A stretch of DNA of 64,000 nt from IMG/VR virus record IMGVR_UViG_3300030061_003170; one strand, written 5' to 3'. Source of the stretch: a virus. The notes under the pieces are model-generated. The model did no database searches. It was not told the DNA's origin and saw nothing but the letters and a program-made list of their open reading frames with translations. Below are positions 1 to 9,947 of this stretch, one piece after another (position 1 is the stretch's first letter; each line of letters starts with the position of its first letter). A program made the translations under genes and the position numbers.

Positions 1-1858
1 CACTAGAATCTTGTTGAGCACCGTTGATATACGTAAGGATCTTATCGCCATAAGAATCATAGAATTGCTGTGACAAATTAACACATCTTTGTGCTGGGTA
101 GAAACCTTCATACGGAAGAAACTTCTTAACTGCTTTACACCTTAATGCAATTGATATTGGATTAGCAAAATCCTCATGGTCTTTCTTGATCAAATCAAAG
201 TGTTTTAAGAATTCACTGTTCGACAAGACTTTATAGAAAGTTGAAGAACCACTAGTGGTTGTATTCTGTCCTAAAGCACCGGACAGTTCAAAAATCTCTT
301 TTAATTCTTCAGTAACACCTTTGGATTGATAAGTTTTAACGTGAGAACTAATCCTAAATTCAGGAACAATTGAGTACCCTTGTCCTTTCAGGCGTATATT
401 TTGATTGTAATCCTCATAAGAATCGTAGAAAGGATTCTTCCCTGCCTGCTTACCAGCATCCCAAGCAGCAATCCCTTCAAACAAAGAGCCAGTGCTAATT
501 GAGGCTTGACTTCCGGTTTCTACGATTTGCATACCAGAGGGGCCAACAACAGAAGTGATTGAGTTAAGAGTGTGTCGTCTAGCGTAATAACAAGAGGAAG
601 AAAGCGCTTGACCTGGGTCTGTAATGCCGTTGAGAGTGCTGACACTGCCCGGTGAACTTCCAGCGATGTAATTTCCTCTCATAACTTGAGAGTATGAATT
701 GCAAAGAACACCACTGCCCCCCAAAGAGGCGTTTGGGGTACCTGCCGTTCCTGATTCTGTATCTTGGCCTGTATTGAAGCCACCGAGGGTCTTACCAGAA
801 CTCCCCCCATCACCGGAACCGGATACACCACCAACATAATAATAAAATGCATGATTGTTACCAGCAGCATAAACGTTATCTTGTAAATTTGGCTCACTTC
901 TTGTTTCAAAATCAGCGGCGGCATCCAGTGGCCACATTGATTGAAACGGAACCGTAACTCCTTGACCGTTTGAAACATTTGTCTCTGTTCTAGATGTTCT
1001 TACGTCTCTCCAGAAGGTATTAACAAAAAACGTTCGAGACCTTGTCTTGTCTAGAAAAGCATACTCTTGCTTTGGCCATATTTGTTGTTTGTATGACAAA
1101 AATGTAAATCTATCCATTGGTGATGAGTCACTTCCAAGAGCATCTTTAAGATATAATTTTTTAAGATTCTCGTAGTTCTCATCAGTCTCAAAAACCAAAT
1201 CATAGTAACGATTCGGCTCATCATTTGCAAAGAACACCATCTGACTACCGAAAGATGTCTTTAAGCGAACGCTATGCTTGATTTCCTTGTCTTTAGAGGC
1301 ATCATAGACACTTACCCCTCCATACAACTCAAGCGGCTTGTGAGAGGCGTTTACGACCGGTTCTGTGAATACATTAATTGCACCATAACGGTCGGTGATT
1401 TGATTTGTTCTTCCTCCGATGGTTACATCGCGAGAAGTTCCCGGTTCGGTGACGTAGGTGAAAACATTCTCTCTTCTTTGTTTTCTGGAGAGTGGGTTTT
1501 GTCCTGTCCTGATTTGTTTCCACATTGGGTAGCCGTATGGTCCATTTCTTTTAGACATCAAGGCATTGAAAAAAGATGCTGTGTTTGATAGTTCATGAGA
1601 GAAATGATAGTTCTTATAGGCGGCTAGATCGGTCGTTCTAAAACCAGTTGGAGTAATTGATAGATCGGCACCAATAAAATTTTGATTAAAATAAATATAG
1701 TTTTCAGCAGTCTCGCCAAAAAAATCAATGTGAGAAACAGCCTCTCTTCCAAAACTATAAACACTTGGTGAGAATTGTTGAGATGCGCTAACATTGTAAC
1801 CATTGGGTTCATATATGAATGTATTCAGTCCAACAAAGTCTTGATAATACTTAGCCAT
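1..1858 (-). CDS. Large virion/baseplate-associated protein, runs off the left window edge
   Basis: Not in ORF track. ATG at 1856-1858 abuts the stop of the 2202-aa gene; hand translation begins MAKYYQDFVGLNTFIYEPNGYNVSAS...FNALMSKRNGPYGYPMWKQIR with no stop seen in the part read; structural-module context. Confidence 0.7.
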   Translation of the reverse strand, partial: MAKYYQDFVGLNTFIYEPNGYNVSASQQFSPSVYSFGREAVSHIDFFGETAENYIYFNQNFIGADLSITPTGFRTTDLAAYKNYHFSHELSNTASFFNALMSKRNGPYGYPMWKQIRTGQNPLSRKQRRENVFTYVTEPGTSRDVTIGGRTNQITDRYGAINVFTEPVVNASHKPLELYGGVSVYDASKDKEIKHSVRLKTSFGSQMVFFANDEPNRYYDLVFETDENYENLKKLYLKDALGSDSSPMDRFTFLSYKQQIWPKQEYAFLDKTRSRTFFVNTFWRDVRTSRTETNVSNGQGVTVPFQSMWPLDAAADFETRSEPNLQDNVYAAGNNHAFYYYVGGVSGSGDGGSSGKTLGGFNTGQDTESGTAGTPNASLGGSGVLCNSYSQVMRGNYIAGSSPGSVSTLNGITDPGQALSSSCYYARRHTLNSITSVVGPSGMQIVETGSQASISTGSLFEGIAAWDAGKQAGKNPFYDSYEDYNQNIRLKGQGYSIVPEFRISSHVKTYQSKGVTEELKEIFELSGALGQNTTTSGSSTFYKVLSNSEFLKHFDLIKKDHEDFANPISIALRCKAVKKFLPYEGFYPAQRCVNLSQQFYDSYGDKILTYINGAQQDSS

Positions 1859-4800
1859 TTAATCCTCTCCAAATAATGCTGATGATGATGGGAACACGAT
1901 TGCCTCTGTGAATCCTGCTGATGAACTTAAAATACCATTTCTAGGTGCGTATCCGTGAACCTTTTGACCGTTTCGCCAATTGGATCCGCTAATCGCATTC
2001 ATGACCCAACTATATTGAAAATCAGAAGCAGGAAGTAGTGAAGTAATTAGGGCTGTGTTATGAAACCCTTCTTCAATATCGATATATTTTCCTGGAAAAT
2101 AACCTTGAACTATAACCAAGTTGCTTCCAGCAGTAACTGTTGTCACCCCAGGATTTGTTCCAAACGCTGGTGGAATTGAGGTTACCGTGCCCAAGTTATT
2201 TCCAACCACTAATGGCTCCAAGTCTTCTCCAAGTTGAAAGAATTGAATTAAGTTGTTTGTATAAGTAGTGTTGACATAAGTGCCATCAACATCTAACGAA
2301 TAAATATCATTGAAGTTACCTGCCGTCGATGGACCATTGTGACTGTACAATGCAAGGTTTTGCAAGGTGCCTTTTAGTGAATTTGAATTGCTGCTATCCT
2401 CGCCAATAGTGATGGTGCCCAAGCCAGTGGATGGGCTGGATGGGGACCCTCCTACATTAGAATCTGTCGTTGTGGCCGCTGCTCCATTAATAGTAAGAAC
2501 GTTGGTTGTGTTGTTTCTAAAATAAAACCCAATGAAATACCAAACATTATCAACCAAAGAATCACTTGACGTATGCCTTCTTTTTATCGAACCATTTCCT
2601 TGCTCGCATATGTCAATAACTAATTTTTGACTTGCGTTTCTCAAGATAGTAATTGTTGTCTGGCCGTCTCTGTTACCATCAAGTATCGTTCTTGAGACAG
2701 CAGAACCGGCGACAACGTCAAACCTAACCCAAAAATGAACCGATACAGTGTCGGCAGCAGAAATAACAGTGGGAAATGCGGCAGTGGCAGTTGTGCTGCT
2801 AAAATTTATTGCACGATTCAATCTATAAACGTTTTCTCTCCTAAACAACGTATTTCTATGCTGCTTATGAAAAGATGGTTGCGTAACATATGTTGTACTT
2901 ACAACAGAACCATGTGTGGGGTCAACGCCAAATCTTCCCGAATGCAAGTTCAATAAAGATCTAAGCCCTCTTCTTTTGTTCAATTGATCATTAACTCTAA
3001 TTGAGGGACCAGTAACCATGGTTGCCCTGTCAGTAGGTCTACGCGGGGCAATATCAGCGGATATCTCGCCAGAGCCAGAACCTACAACGCTCAAATTCCG
3101 GAAGTTAATTGAATTATAGACAGACATCTCACCAGTTGCAATGTCAAGATACCCGCGAGTATTAACTTCTGGGCCACCTGGTGCAGAGAATCTGGTCGTG
3201 ATCATGTTCTTGGAACTGTTAATAGTCTCTTCTGGTACCTGAAAGTTTGTAGAAGCGCTAATATATGAGAGCGCCTGTGTTGTCTCTGGGAACACTGATA
3301 TGTGTGTTGGTAATGCGAAACCAGATGACTTAACAAAGTGTCTTTTGTTCTTGCCAAACGAATTAAGAAACTCATAAGAATGAAAATAGTTTCCAACATT
3401 TGCGGAAGCAGTTGTGCTTTGAATGTTTTTAACGTTAACTGGTCTCTTTGCCTTTTCTTCTCGGAAATAGATTGCCCATTTTCTTGTAATGTTTGGATAA
3501 GGCCCTCCATAATCTGGACCAGCAAAACCAACAGCACCATCACGACTAGTAACAGTTTGGTGCTCTCCGATTAGTAATCGCCATGCTTCTGGTCTTGTGT
3601 ACTGATCCTGTAGATTATTGAGTGTTGCTGCGCCACCTTCGGTTTTAAGAGTTGTATCATGTCTGTTAATATCAACATGTCGTGCCTGATTTCCTCCAAC
3701 CCACTGATTTGTGAAAGGGCCTTGCATTGGCACTTCATTTGTTATATCAATGGTATCGGCATGTATGTTTGCAAAAATTGCATCTTTTTTAAATTCTGCG
3801 TGGACTCTCCTGTTGTATCCCGTCTTCATGCTTCCGGATATAATGTTAAAAGGCCAGTAGTGTTCTGTTTTAAGTTTCTGTTCTGGTTCCGCTAAAGGAG
3901 AAAGGGGTGACCCACCTTGAGAATCAGATGACTTACCAACAACGGCATCAGCATTAAACTTGTATAATTGATTAGGATCTAAAACGTCATCACATTTTTG
4001 CCTTTCACGAATACCCTGGCCGCCGCCTAAACCAATGCCAAATACTCTTTTAGGGGCACCAGATGAAAAGGTGCCACCATGAGGACTTGTAACTTCACGA
4101 ACGAAATTACGATTCTTCTGAGGGGAGTAGTTTGTACCTCCATGAATAGAGTTATTGAACCCTATAGAAACAGCATATGGACGTGATAACTTTCTCCTTG
4201 CATAAGTTGAGCCTTGGTAGATTGTCTTATCAGTCTGTGCTAGATTAGAACTAGTTTGATTAGTTTGATTAACCAAAACTTGTCTAATAATCTCTCTGTC
4301 TGGAAGATCTGATCTTTCCTCTCGCTCTTTTTGCCATAAACAATTAACATTGTCTCTGTTTTGGACAAACTGCCCTTGGTTAAACACGTCGCTGGTCAGG
4401 GAAACACTACTATTTGGATTAATAACAAAGTTGTGATTTGACACTACATCTTGAACAAGTGCCGCTGTGTCACCGGGAGTGTCTCCCATTCTCCAATGAG
4501 CAACGACAGAATTATTGTCAGAAAATGCATCAGAAGTTGGATCAAAATAATTTCCGGCATTGTAAAGTTCATTAATTTGACTGGTGGTTAAAGTTCCAGT
4601 AAGGAACGTCATTTCATCAAATTCCATATCAAAATTGGTATTACTATTCAGCAACATTCTATTGACATCACCGATTTGAAACGCTGTTGTGACCGTATTA
4701 GAGGAAACTGTTGCTTCAGCGCCATTGACAAACAATTTAATACTAGAGTTTGGATCAGAAGTAGAGGCGGTATGTGGAATATTACCCGTACCACTAACTT

Positions 4801-7800
4801 GCAGTAGAACATGTACCCAAGTGTCATCGGCTATGGTTTGGCTCCAATTTATCGTATTGCCAACAGCATATGAACTGTTACCTACTTTAAGTCTAAATCT
4901 GTAGTGTGAAGCAGTAGCGTTTTTTATATCCAATCTATGAACAACATTTGTTGAGTCTTGCAACTTAATAATGTCATTATTATCAGTATTCGCATCCGAC
5001 TTAAACCAAAAAGCAAGACAGTATTGATCTGACGTTGTAAAATTTGTCGTTGCAACATCATTGGCATCTTGAGCCATTAAAAGAGATTTTGTGTTCTGGT
5101 AGGCATATGTCTCATAATTTGGTGCATGACCGAACTTCCAATTGTAAGTTAACTCATTTACTCCACGAATTGACCCTTCTGTACTGTCATGTCTATCTAG
5201 CAGGCCAATTCTGTTCTGAATTTTATTCCTCTCCAAGATGTGAGACTCAACAACATTTGAGGCTGCCTCACCAAACCTGACAGATGCAGGGTAAAGTTGG
5301 GATATCATGGCAGAAACGGAAGAATCTATCCACTTATAATAGTTGGTAAATGTTTCAAAATCAATGTCTGCTGTAACTCTATTAAAAAACAACTCACGCA
5401 CTTTATCGAGTCGCTTATAGTTTTGTCTATATCTATCTTCCGGTCTTCCAATTAAGTTGGCGAACTCTTGAATTGTCGAGAATGTTTCTAGCATTTTCTC
5501 AGATACAATTGCATTCATGCTTTTCTCAAGAAGGAAAAAGTTGTCAGATACATCGTCATCTTTTATGAAGTTGATTTCCCTATCACCTTTAATGAATACG
5601 TTCTCGTTTGTGTAAGAAATTTCTGGTAGTTCTTTTTTCAAAGCAAAAACAAATTTGTCTTTTAAGAACCCTGTGTTAGAAGCACCGAAGCCACGACCTC
5701 TACCTCTGTGTTCTCTTCGAATGATTGTGTCCGGCCACCCATATATTGTATTGGTTGAACCAGAGGTGATGTCATCAACTGCAAAATCACCGGAGGCATT
5801 GGATCCAGTTACTGTGTCGAAGTCCCAGTTTAAAATTTTAAGATCTTGACTTGGAATGTGTTTGTTTGCTATGGTGAACATATTAGATGTCTGAAAAGCA
5901 TCACGGTTTCCAAAATTACTGGCATCTTTGTTGTGTGCTTTAATTGCTTCGTTAGGTAGAAAGTCTAGCCATGCTCGGCATCCGCCAACCATAATATCAG
6001 ACTGTTGTTGGACTGAGCCGGTGAAGTTTTCTAAATGTGCGCCTAAATAAATTCTCTTTGGGTTAGATAAAAACGCTGATCCGGACGTAGCATTGATCGA
6101 AACAGTTAGGTTAATTTCATTTATTAATTCATCCAAATTATGGTTTACTGCGTAAAGATCAACTGTGTAGTTTGGTGTGTTATTGGTTACATTACCAGCA
6201 TAAGGATAAGTGTTGGGTTTCACCCTAACAGCGACATTCCAGTGTGTGTTATCGTAGATATTTTCAATAAAAGGAGAAGAGACATTAATTGAGCCATCTC
6301 TACTTTTCATTTGAAACTTGGCACGCTTTGACTCCACTTCATCTCTTACAAGAAAAACCTGGAGAGATGCTGTCTCTGGAGTTACCCATGTGTACTCATG
6401 TACATTATCTGCTGCTTCATGAAACCCAAAAAGAGAAGATGATAAAAAAGTAGTGGGGAAATAGCCATTTTCATGAGCCTCCCTCTTATACGGAACAATC
6501 ATATCAAGTTCCACAGAGAAAGCATTATTCTTTTCATTCGCTGTGGCACGAGACCCCGTTATGAAAGTATTAGAATTAGACACTGATCCTGTTTGATAAA
6601 TTGTTGAAGAAAAATTACCTGTTGAGTTAAAATTGATGTATTTCTTAGACAGCGAAGTGTTTTTTGATTTATCAGTATAATAATGAGTCCCACCGTCTGT
6701 ATAAACATTTAGTTTAACAAGTTCATCATCAACCCCAAAACAACGTATGAGGTTTCTTATTGATCTCTCTGTGCCTTTTGATTTATAGATTGCCTCAAGG
6801 TTATTATATATGTTGGTATAAATTAAGTTTTTAATCTCATCAAGGTTCTTGTTAAACTTATTTGTGTTTTCATCATAAGAAGTCAGATTCTCAAAGACAT
6901 CAGAATCAATAAAAATATCACGAGTCATAAACCCTTTATCTTCAAGTACATTCTTCATGAAAGGAAGTGCTTTATAGTTACCGTCAGAACCTTGCTCAAC
7001 ATATTTCTTGCTTCGCAGATCAGGAAGCGCTGATATCTGAGCGTGGAGGGTGTCAAAATAACTTGCAATGACTTGGTTTATATTTTTAAGATTGCCATTA
7101 TCATCTTCGTTTTTCATCCAATCCGGCATTGAATTAAATAATGACCCGCCGTAAGTTCGGTCATAGTTTGATCCGGATGTCTGCATTTCTGAAACTAATG
7201 AAATAACTTGTGGATGAGACGAATAGATAATTGGATCAGAGATCTCTGTAGTTGGAAAAGCAGAGCCAGTGTCCCTACCTTTGCCGGCATAGCCAGTCCA
7301 AGAGCCATTGGCGATACGACCAGAATAATCTAAAACAACAGCATCTGTTGTATTATTGCCTGTAATACCTTCATTGAATTTAAAATATAACCCCAAGTCT
7401 TTTGTTGCATCATCTGTATTTGCACCACCACCAACATTTTTGAAGTAATTCAAGCCAATCTGTCTGCTGGATCTTTCTGTTTTCCAAAATCTAAACTCAT
7501 CAAGTGAACCAGATAATTTTCCATCTCCTGGAACTTCTGTTCCGGACCCCTGGGATGAAGAAGGTGCGGTTAAAAGTGCGCCAATACGACCTTTTACAAG
7601 TCCTCTAATCTCATTAACTGTAGAGGACCCAAGGTTACTTTGGTTTGTTCTAACACCGTTTTGATACAACGTGGTGGTAACAGCACTAGTCGTGTTCTTT
7701 AGAGTTATCGCATAGTGTTTAAAAGGATCTAGTGTCAAAGATGCAAGAGGTGCCTGGAAGAAGCCGGTTGTTCCGTTTTGCACGGTCAATAGTAAATCAT

Positions 7801-8467
7801 TATTAGAACTAGTAAGTTCTATCGTGACCCTTCCATAGGTAGCAGAACTTGAAATCTCACCGTTCCAAAGGTCTAAAATTACTTCTTTGTCGGAATCTGA
7901 ATCAAATGCTGTTTTCTGTAGGTAGAATTCAAAAGTCGCACCAGCATCAAAATCTAATTTAAATGTTTTTTCTCGATTTTTTGAAGAATCATATTTTGAA
8001 TTTAATTCAAATGCTTTTGATAGAGGATCCGTTGTTGAAAAATCCGATGAAATGTGAACACCACCGTCAATGTCAATGTGTTCTAAAGAAGCATAAGTCT
8101 TACCATAACCCCTAGGGCCTTTTGCCCCCGGAGGACTGGTCAGTCCATGGACTATATATCCTGTGGTTTTGGGGTATTTCTTTTCGTACATCCATCGATC
8201 TAAGTAAGAGGAAGATAAGTGAAACTCAATCTTTTCTTTTTCAGAACCATCATATGGATACTGATTATAGATTCTCTTAATAGACTCGTCATAGTAAACT
8301 TCGGCTAAACCATACTTGACAAAATTTGAGGCACTACTAAAGTCTATTGGCGGAAGAAAGGTCACTCTCTCTTTCGCAACATTATCAGCAAATCTGGTTG
8401 ACTCTACATCAGCGCTGCTGCTTTCATAACTTTTTATTGACTTTGAAAATAAATCTTTAATACTCAT
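1859..8467 (-). CDS. 2202-aa baseplate/tail protein with several LamG (ConA-like) domains
   Basis: LamG-type motifs (GSLDEFRFWK...LYFKFNEG; AFWFK...WVHV...FDEMTF...VAHWRMGD; VHFWVRF...WYFIGF...LKGTLQNLALY); IYKSKGTERSIRNLIRCFG resembles baseplate wedge proteins. Confidence 0.75.
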   Translation of the reverse strand: MSIKDLFSKSIKSYESSSADVESTRFADNVAKERVTFLPPIDFSSASNFVKYGLAEVYYDESIKRIYNQYPYDGSEKEKIEFHLSSSYLDRWMYEKKYPKTTGYIVHGLTSPPGAKGPRGYGKTYASLEHIDIDGGVHISSDFSTTDPLSKAFELNSKYDSSKNREKTFKLDFDAGATFEFYLQKTAFDSDSDKEVILDLWNGEISSSATYGRVTIELTSSNNDLLLTVQNGTTGFFQAPLASLTLDPFKHYAITLKNTTSAVTTTLYQNGVRTNQSNLGSSTVNEIRGLVKGRIGALLTAPSSSQGSGTEVPGDGKLSGSLDEFRFWKTERSSRQIGLNYFKNVGGGANTDDATKDLGLYFKFNEGITGNNTTDAVVLDYSGRIANGSWTGYAGKGRDTGSAFPTTEISDPIIYSSHPQVISLVSEMQTSGSNYDRTYGGSLFNSMPDWMKNEDDNGNLKNINQVIASYFDTLHAQISALPDLRSKKYVEQGSDGNYKALPFMKNVLEDKGFMTRDIFIDSDVFENLTSYDENTNKFNKNLDEIKNLIYTNIYNNLEAIYKSKGTERSIRNLIRCFGVDDELVKLNVYTDGGTHYYTDKSKNTSLSKKYINFNSTGNFSSTIYQTGSVSNSNTFITGSRATANEKNNAFSVELDMIVPYKREAHENGYFPTTFLSSSLFGFHEAADNVHEYTWVTPETASLQVFLVRDEVESKRAKFQMKSRDGSINVSSPFIENIYDNTHWNVAVRVKPNTYPYAGNVTNNTPNYTVDLYAVNHNLDELINEINLTVSINATSGSAFLSNPKRIYLGAHLENFTGSVQQQSDIMVGGCRAWLDFLPNEAIKAHNKDASNFGNRDAFQTSNMFTIANKHIPSQDLKILNWDFDTVTGSNASGDFAVDDITSGSTNTIYGWPDTIIRREHRGRGRGFGASNTGFLKDKFVFALKKELPEISYTNENVFIKGDREINFIKDDDVSDNFFLLEKSMNAIVSEKMLETFSTIQEFANLIGRPEDRYRQNYKRLDKVRELFFNRVTADIDFETFTNYYKWIDSSVSAMISQLYPASVRFGEAASNVVESHILERNKIQNRIGLLDRHDSTEGSIRGVNELTYNWKFGHAPNYETYAYQNTKSLLMAQDANDVATTNFTTSDQYCLAFWFKSDANTDNNDIIKLQDSTNVVHRLDIKNATASHYRFRLKVGNSSYAVGNTINWSQTIADDTWVHVLLQVSGTGNIPHTASTSDPNSSIKLFVNGAEATVSSNTVTTAFQIGDVNRMLLNSNTNFDMEFDEMTFLTGTLTTSQINELYNAGNYFDPTSDAFSDNNSVVAHWRMGDTPGDTAALVQDVVSNHNFVINPNSSVSLTSDVFNQGQFVQNRDNVNCLWQKEREERSDLPDREIIRQVLVNQTNQTSSNLAQTDKTIYQGSTYARRKLSRPYAVSIGFNNSIHGGTNYSPQKNRNFVREVTSPHGGTFSSGAPKRVFGIGLGGGQGIRERQKCDDVLDPNQLYKFNADAVVGKSSDSQGGSPLSPLAEPEQKLKTEHYWPFNIISGSMKTGYNRRVHAEFKKDAIFANIHADTIDITNEVPMQGPFTNQWVGGNQARHVDINRHDTTLKTEGGAATLNNLQDQYTRPEAWRLLIGEHQTVTSRDGAVGFAGPDYGGPYPNITRKWAIYFREEKAKRPVNVKNIQSTTASANVGNYFHSYEFLNSFGKNKRHFVKSSGFALPTHISVFPETTQALSYISASTNFQVPEETINSSKNMITTRFSAPGGPEVNTRGYLDIATGEMSVYNSINFRNLSVVGSGSGEISADIAPRRPTDRATMVTGPSIRVNDQLNKRRGLRSLLNLHSGRFGVDPTHGSVVSTTYVTQPSFHKQHRNTLFRRENVYRLNRAINFSSTTATAAFPTVISAADTVSVHFWVRFDVVAGSAVSRTILDGNRDGQTTITILRNASQKLVIDICEQGNGSIKRRHTSSDSLVDNVWYFIGFYFRNNTTNVLTINGAAATTTDSNVGGSPSSPSTGLGTITIGEDSSNSNSLKGTLQNLALYSHNGPSTAGNFNDIYSLDVDGTYVNTTYTNNLIQFFQLGEDLEPLVVGNNLGTVTSIPPAFGTNPGVTTVTAGSNLVIVQGYFPGKYIDIEEGFHNTALITSLLPASDFQYSWVMNAISGSNWRNGQKVHGYAPRNGILSSSAGFTEAIVFPSSSALFGED

Positions 8468-9947
8468 TCTTAACTACTCTGAACTTATATCTAAAAGGCT
8501 GCTCTTCGTAAGTGCCAACATCTGGATCGTAAATCGAGATCTTTGCCTCATATATATAATTAGGTTCAAGAATAGAAGTATCTAGATCAAAATAACTACC
8601 CGATACATCATATGATAGTCTAGTATGATTTGTCGAACCAGTACCATAAGGTACAACTACGCGATCATCAACTGTTCTGCAAATTTGATAGGAGGCACTT
8701 GGGAATACTAAAGAATCTGGGATTGTGCTGGCCACATTATAAATATTGGGGCACCATTTCTTATGTCTAGCATAAATTCTAACTCTATGTGTTTGATTAT
8801 GAGCATACTTATTGTTTCTGTTACTCACAGAGAGTACATATCTACCAGTATCAGAGTATTGATAGGACTCAAAAGACTTTGGAGTAATTGTACCGGTTGC
8901 AAATTGATTGGGTGTATCACTGGCTGCTTGGACTGCATTTGCCATTTTAAACCAAACATCATTAAATTCGGTTAATGTAGTAGAACCAGTAAAGGCAAAA
9001 GATGCAGAATATATACCGGTTGAAACATGTCCCCCTGTCACAACATATTGATTTTCAGTCCTGACAAACTCGCGATCATCAACCAGTTTTAGTTCAGGCC
9101 CTGTTGGTACACCGGCAGAACTAGAAAAAATACTAACACCAATTTTCCCAGTTCCAATCGAAGGGATGTTTCTCAGTTTACCACGAATATAATTATACAA
9201 ATAAATTGTATTGAGGTTATCAACACCAGGCGCCAAAGAAGAAGATAGGTAAAATTGCCCTCTATCATCTAACTTAGAACTATCATACCTGGCTTCAAGC
9301 ACAGGCCGACTAAAATAAAACTCAGATGTTCTACCAAAAAACTTCTTTGTAAAGAAAGACTCGGGAGCACTCTCTAGAGAAGAAGACATGCGAACCATAA
9401 ACCCATTGTTGTTTTTTGATCCGGCAACCCACTGGTCAACTAGCGTTGTAACATCAACCTCTAAATCCTCGTCTCCTACCGGGAAGTTTACAGGAAAAAT
9501 TGGAGCAGCATGAGTGGCACCCCCTTGATCAGCCCAACTGGTTGATCCCTTTCTTCTGATCCAGTTTGAGCCAGTTACATCATAGGTACGATCAGAATAG
9601 TTATCCATATCCAATCCGCGACCCTCTTCCCATTCTCCGTTAATTGCAAGAACTTCCATAGTAAAATCTCTTGGCAAAGTAGACGAGTGTCTTGCGTTGA
9701 ACAACTTTAAAAAGTACTTTGTACCAGTTGGATTGTTATCGGCATTTATTTCATTTAAGTCAAATTCAATAAGTATCCTTGCTTTTTCGCTAGAAAGGCC
9801 ACTTGAGTTTGAAACCTGAGCATAGATTGTAAATGCCTCAAGAACATCAGACTGGCCCATATTAGACCCAGTACCGCGAGTGGCGAGTGAACGATCAAAT
9901 GCATTTGTGATTGTATTATCTTTTAGTGCGAAGTATCTTTTAATCAT
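8457..9947 (-). CDS. Virion structural protein, DNRLRE-like beta-sandwich N-terminal domain
   Basis: KDNTI...ARILIEFDL...WEEGRG...W..GG...DVTTLVDQW...NNGF pattern; between gp6-like and LamG genes. Confidence 0.55.
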   Translation of the reverse strand: MIKRYFALKDNTITNAFDRSLATRGTGSNMGQSDVLEAFTIYAQVSNSSGLSSEKARILIEFDLNEINADNNPTGTKYFLKLFNARHSSTLPRDFTMEVLAINGEWEEGRGLDMDNYSDRTYDVTGSNWIRRKGSTSWADQGGATHAAPIFPVNFPVGDEDLEVDVTTLVDQWVAGSKNNNGFMVRMSSSLESAPESFFTKKFFGRTSEFYFSRPVLEARYDSSKLDDRGQFYLSSSLAPGVDNLNTIYLYNYIRGKLRNIPSIGTGKIGVSIFSSSAGVPTGPELKLVDDREFVRTENQYVVTGGHVSTGIYSASFAFTGSTTLTEFNDVWFKMANAVQAASDTPNQFATGTITPKSFESYQYSDTGRYVLSVSNRNNKYAHNQTHRVRIYARHKKWCPNIYNVASTIPDSLVFPSASYQICRTVDDRVVVPYGTGSTNHTRLSYDVSGSYFDLDTSILEPNYIYEAKISIYDPDVGTYEEQPFRYKFRVVKNEY

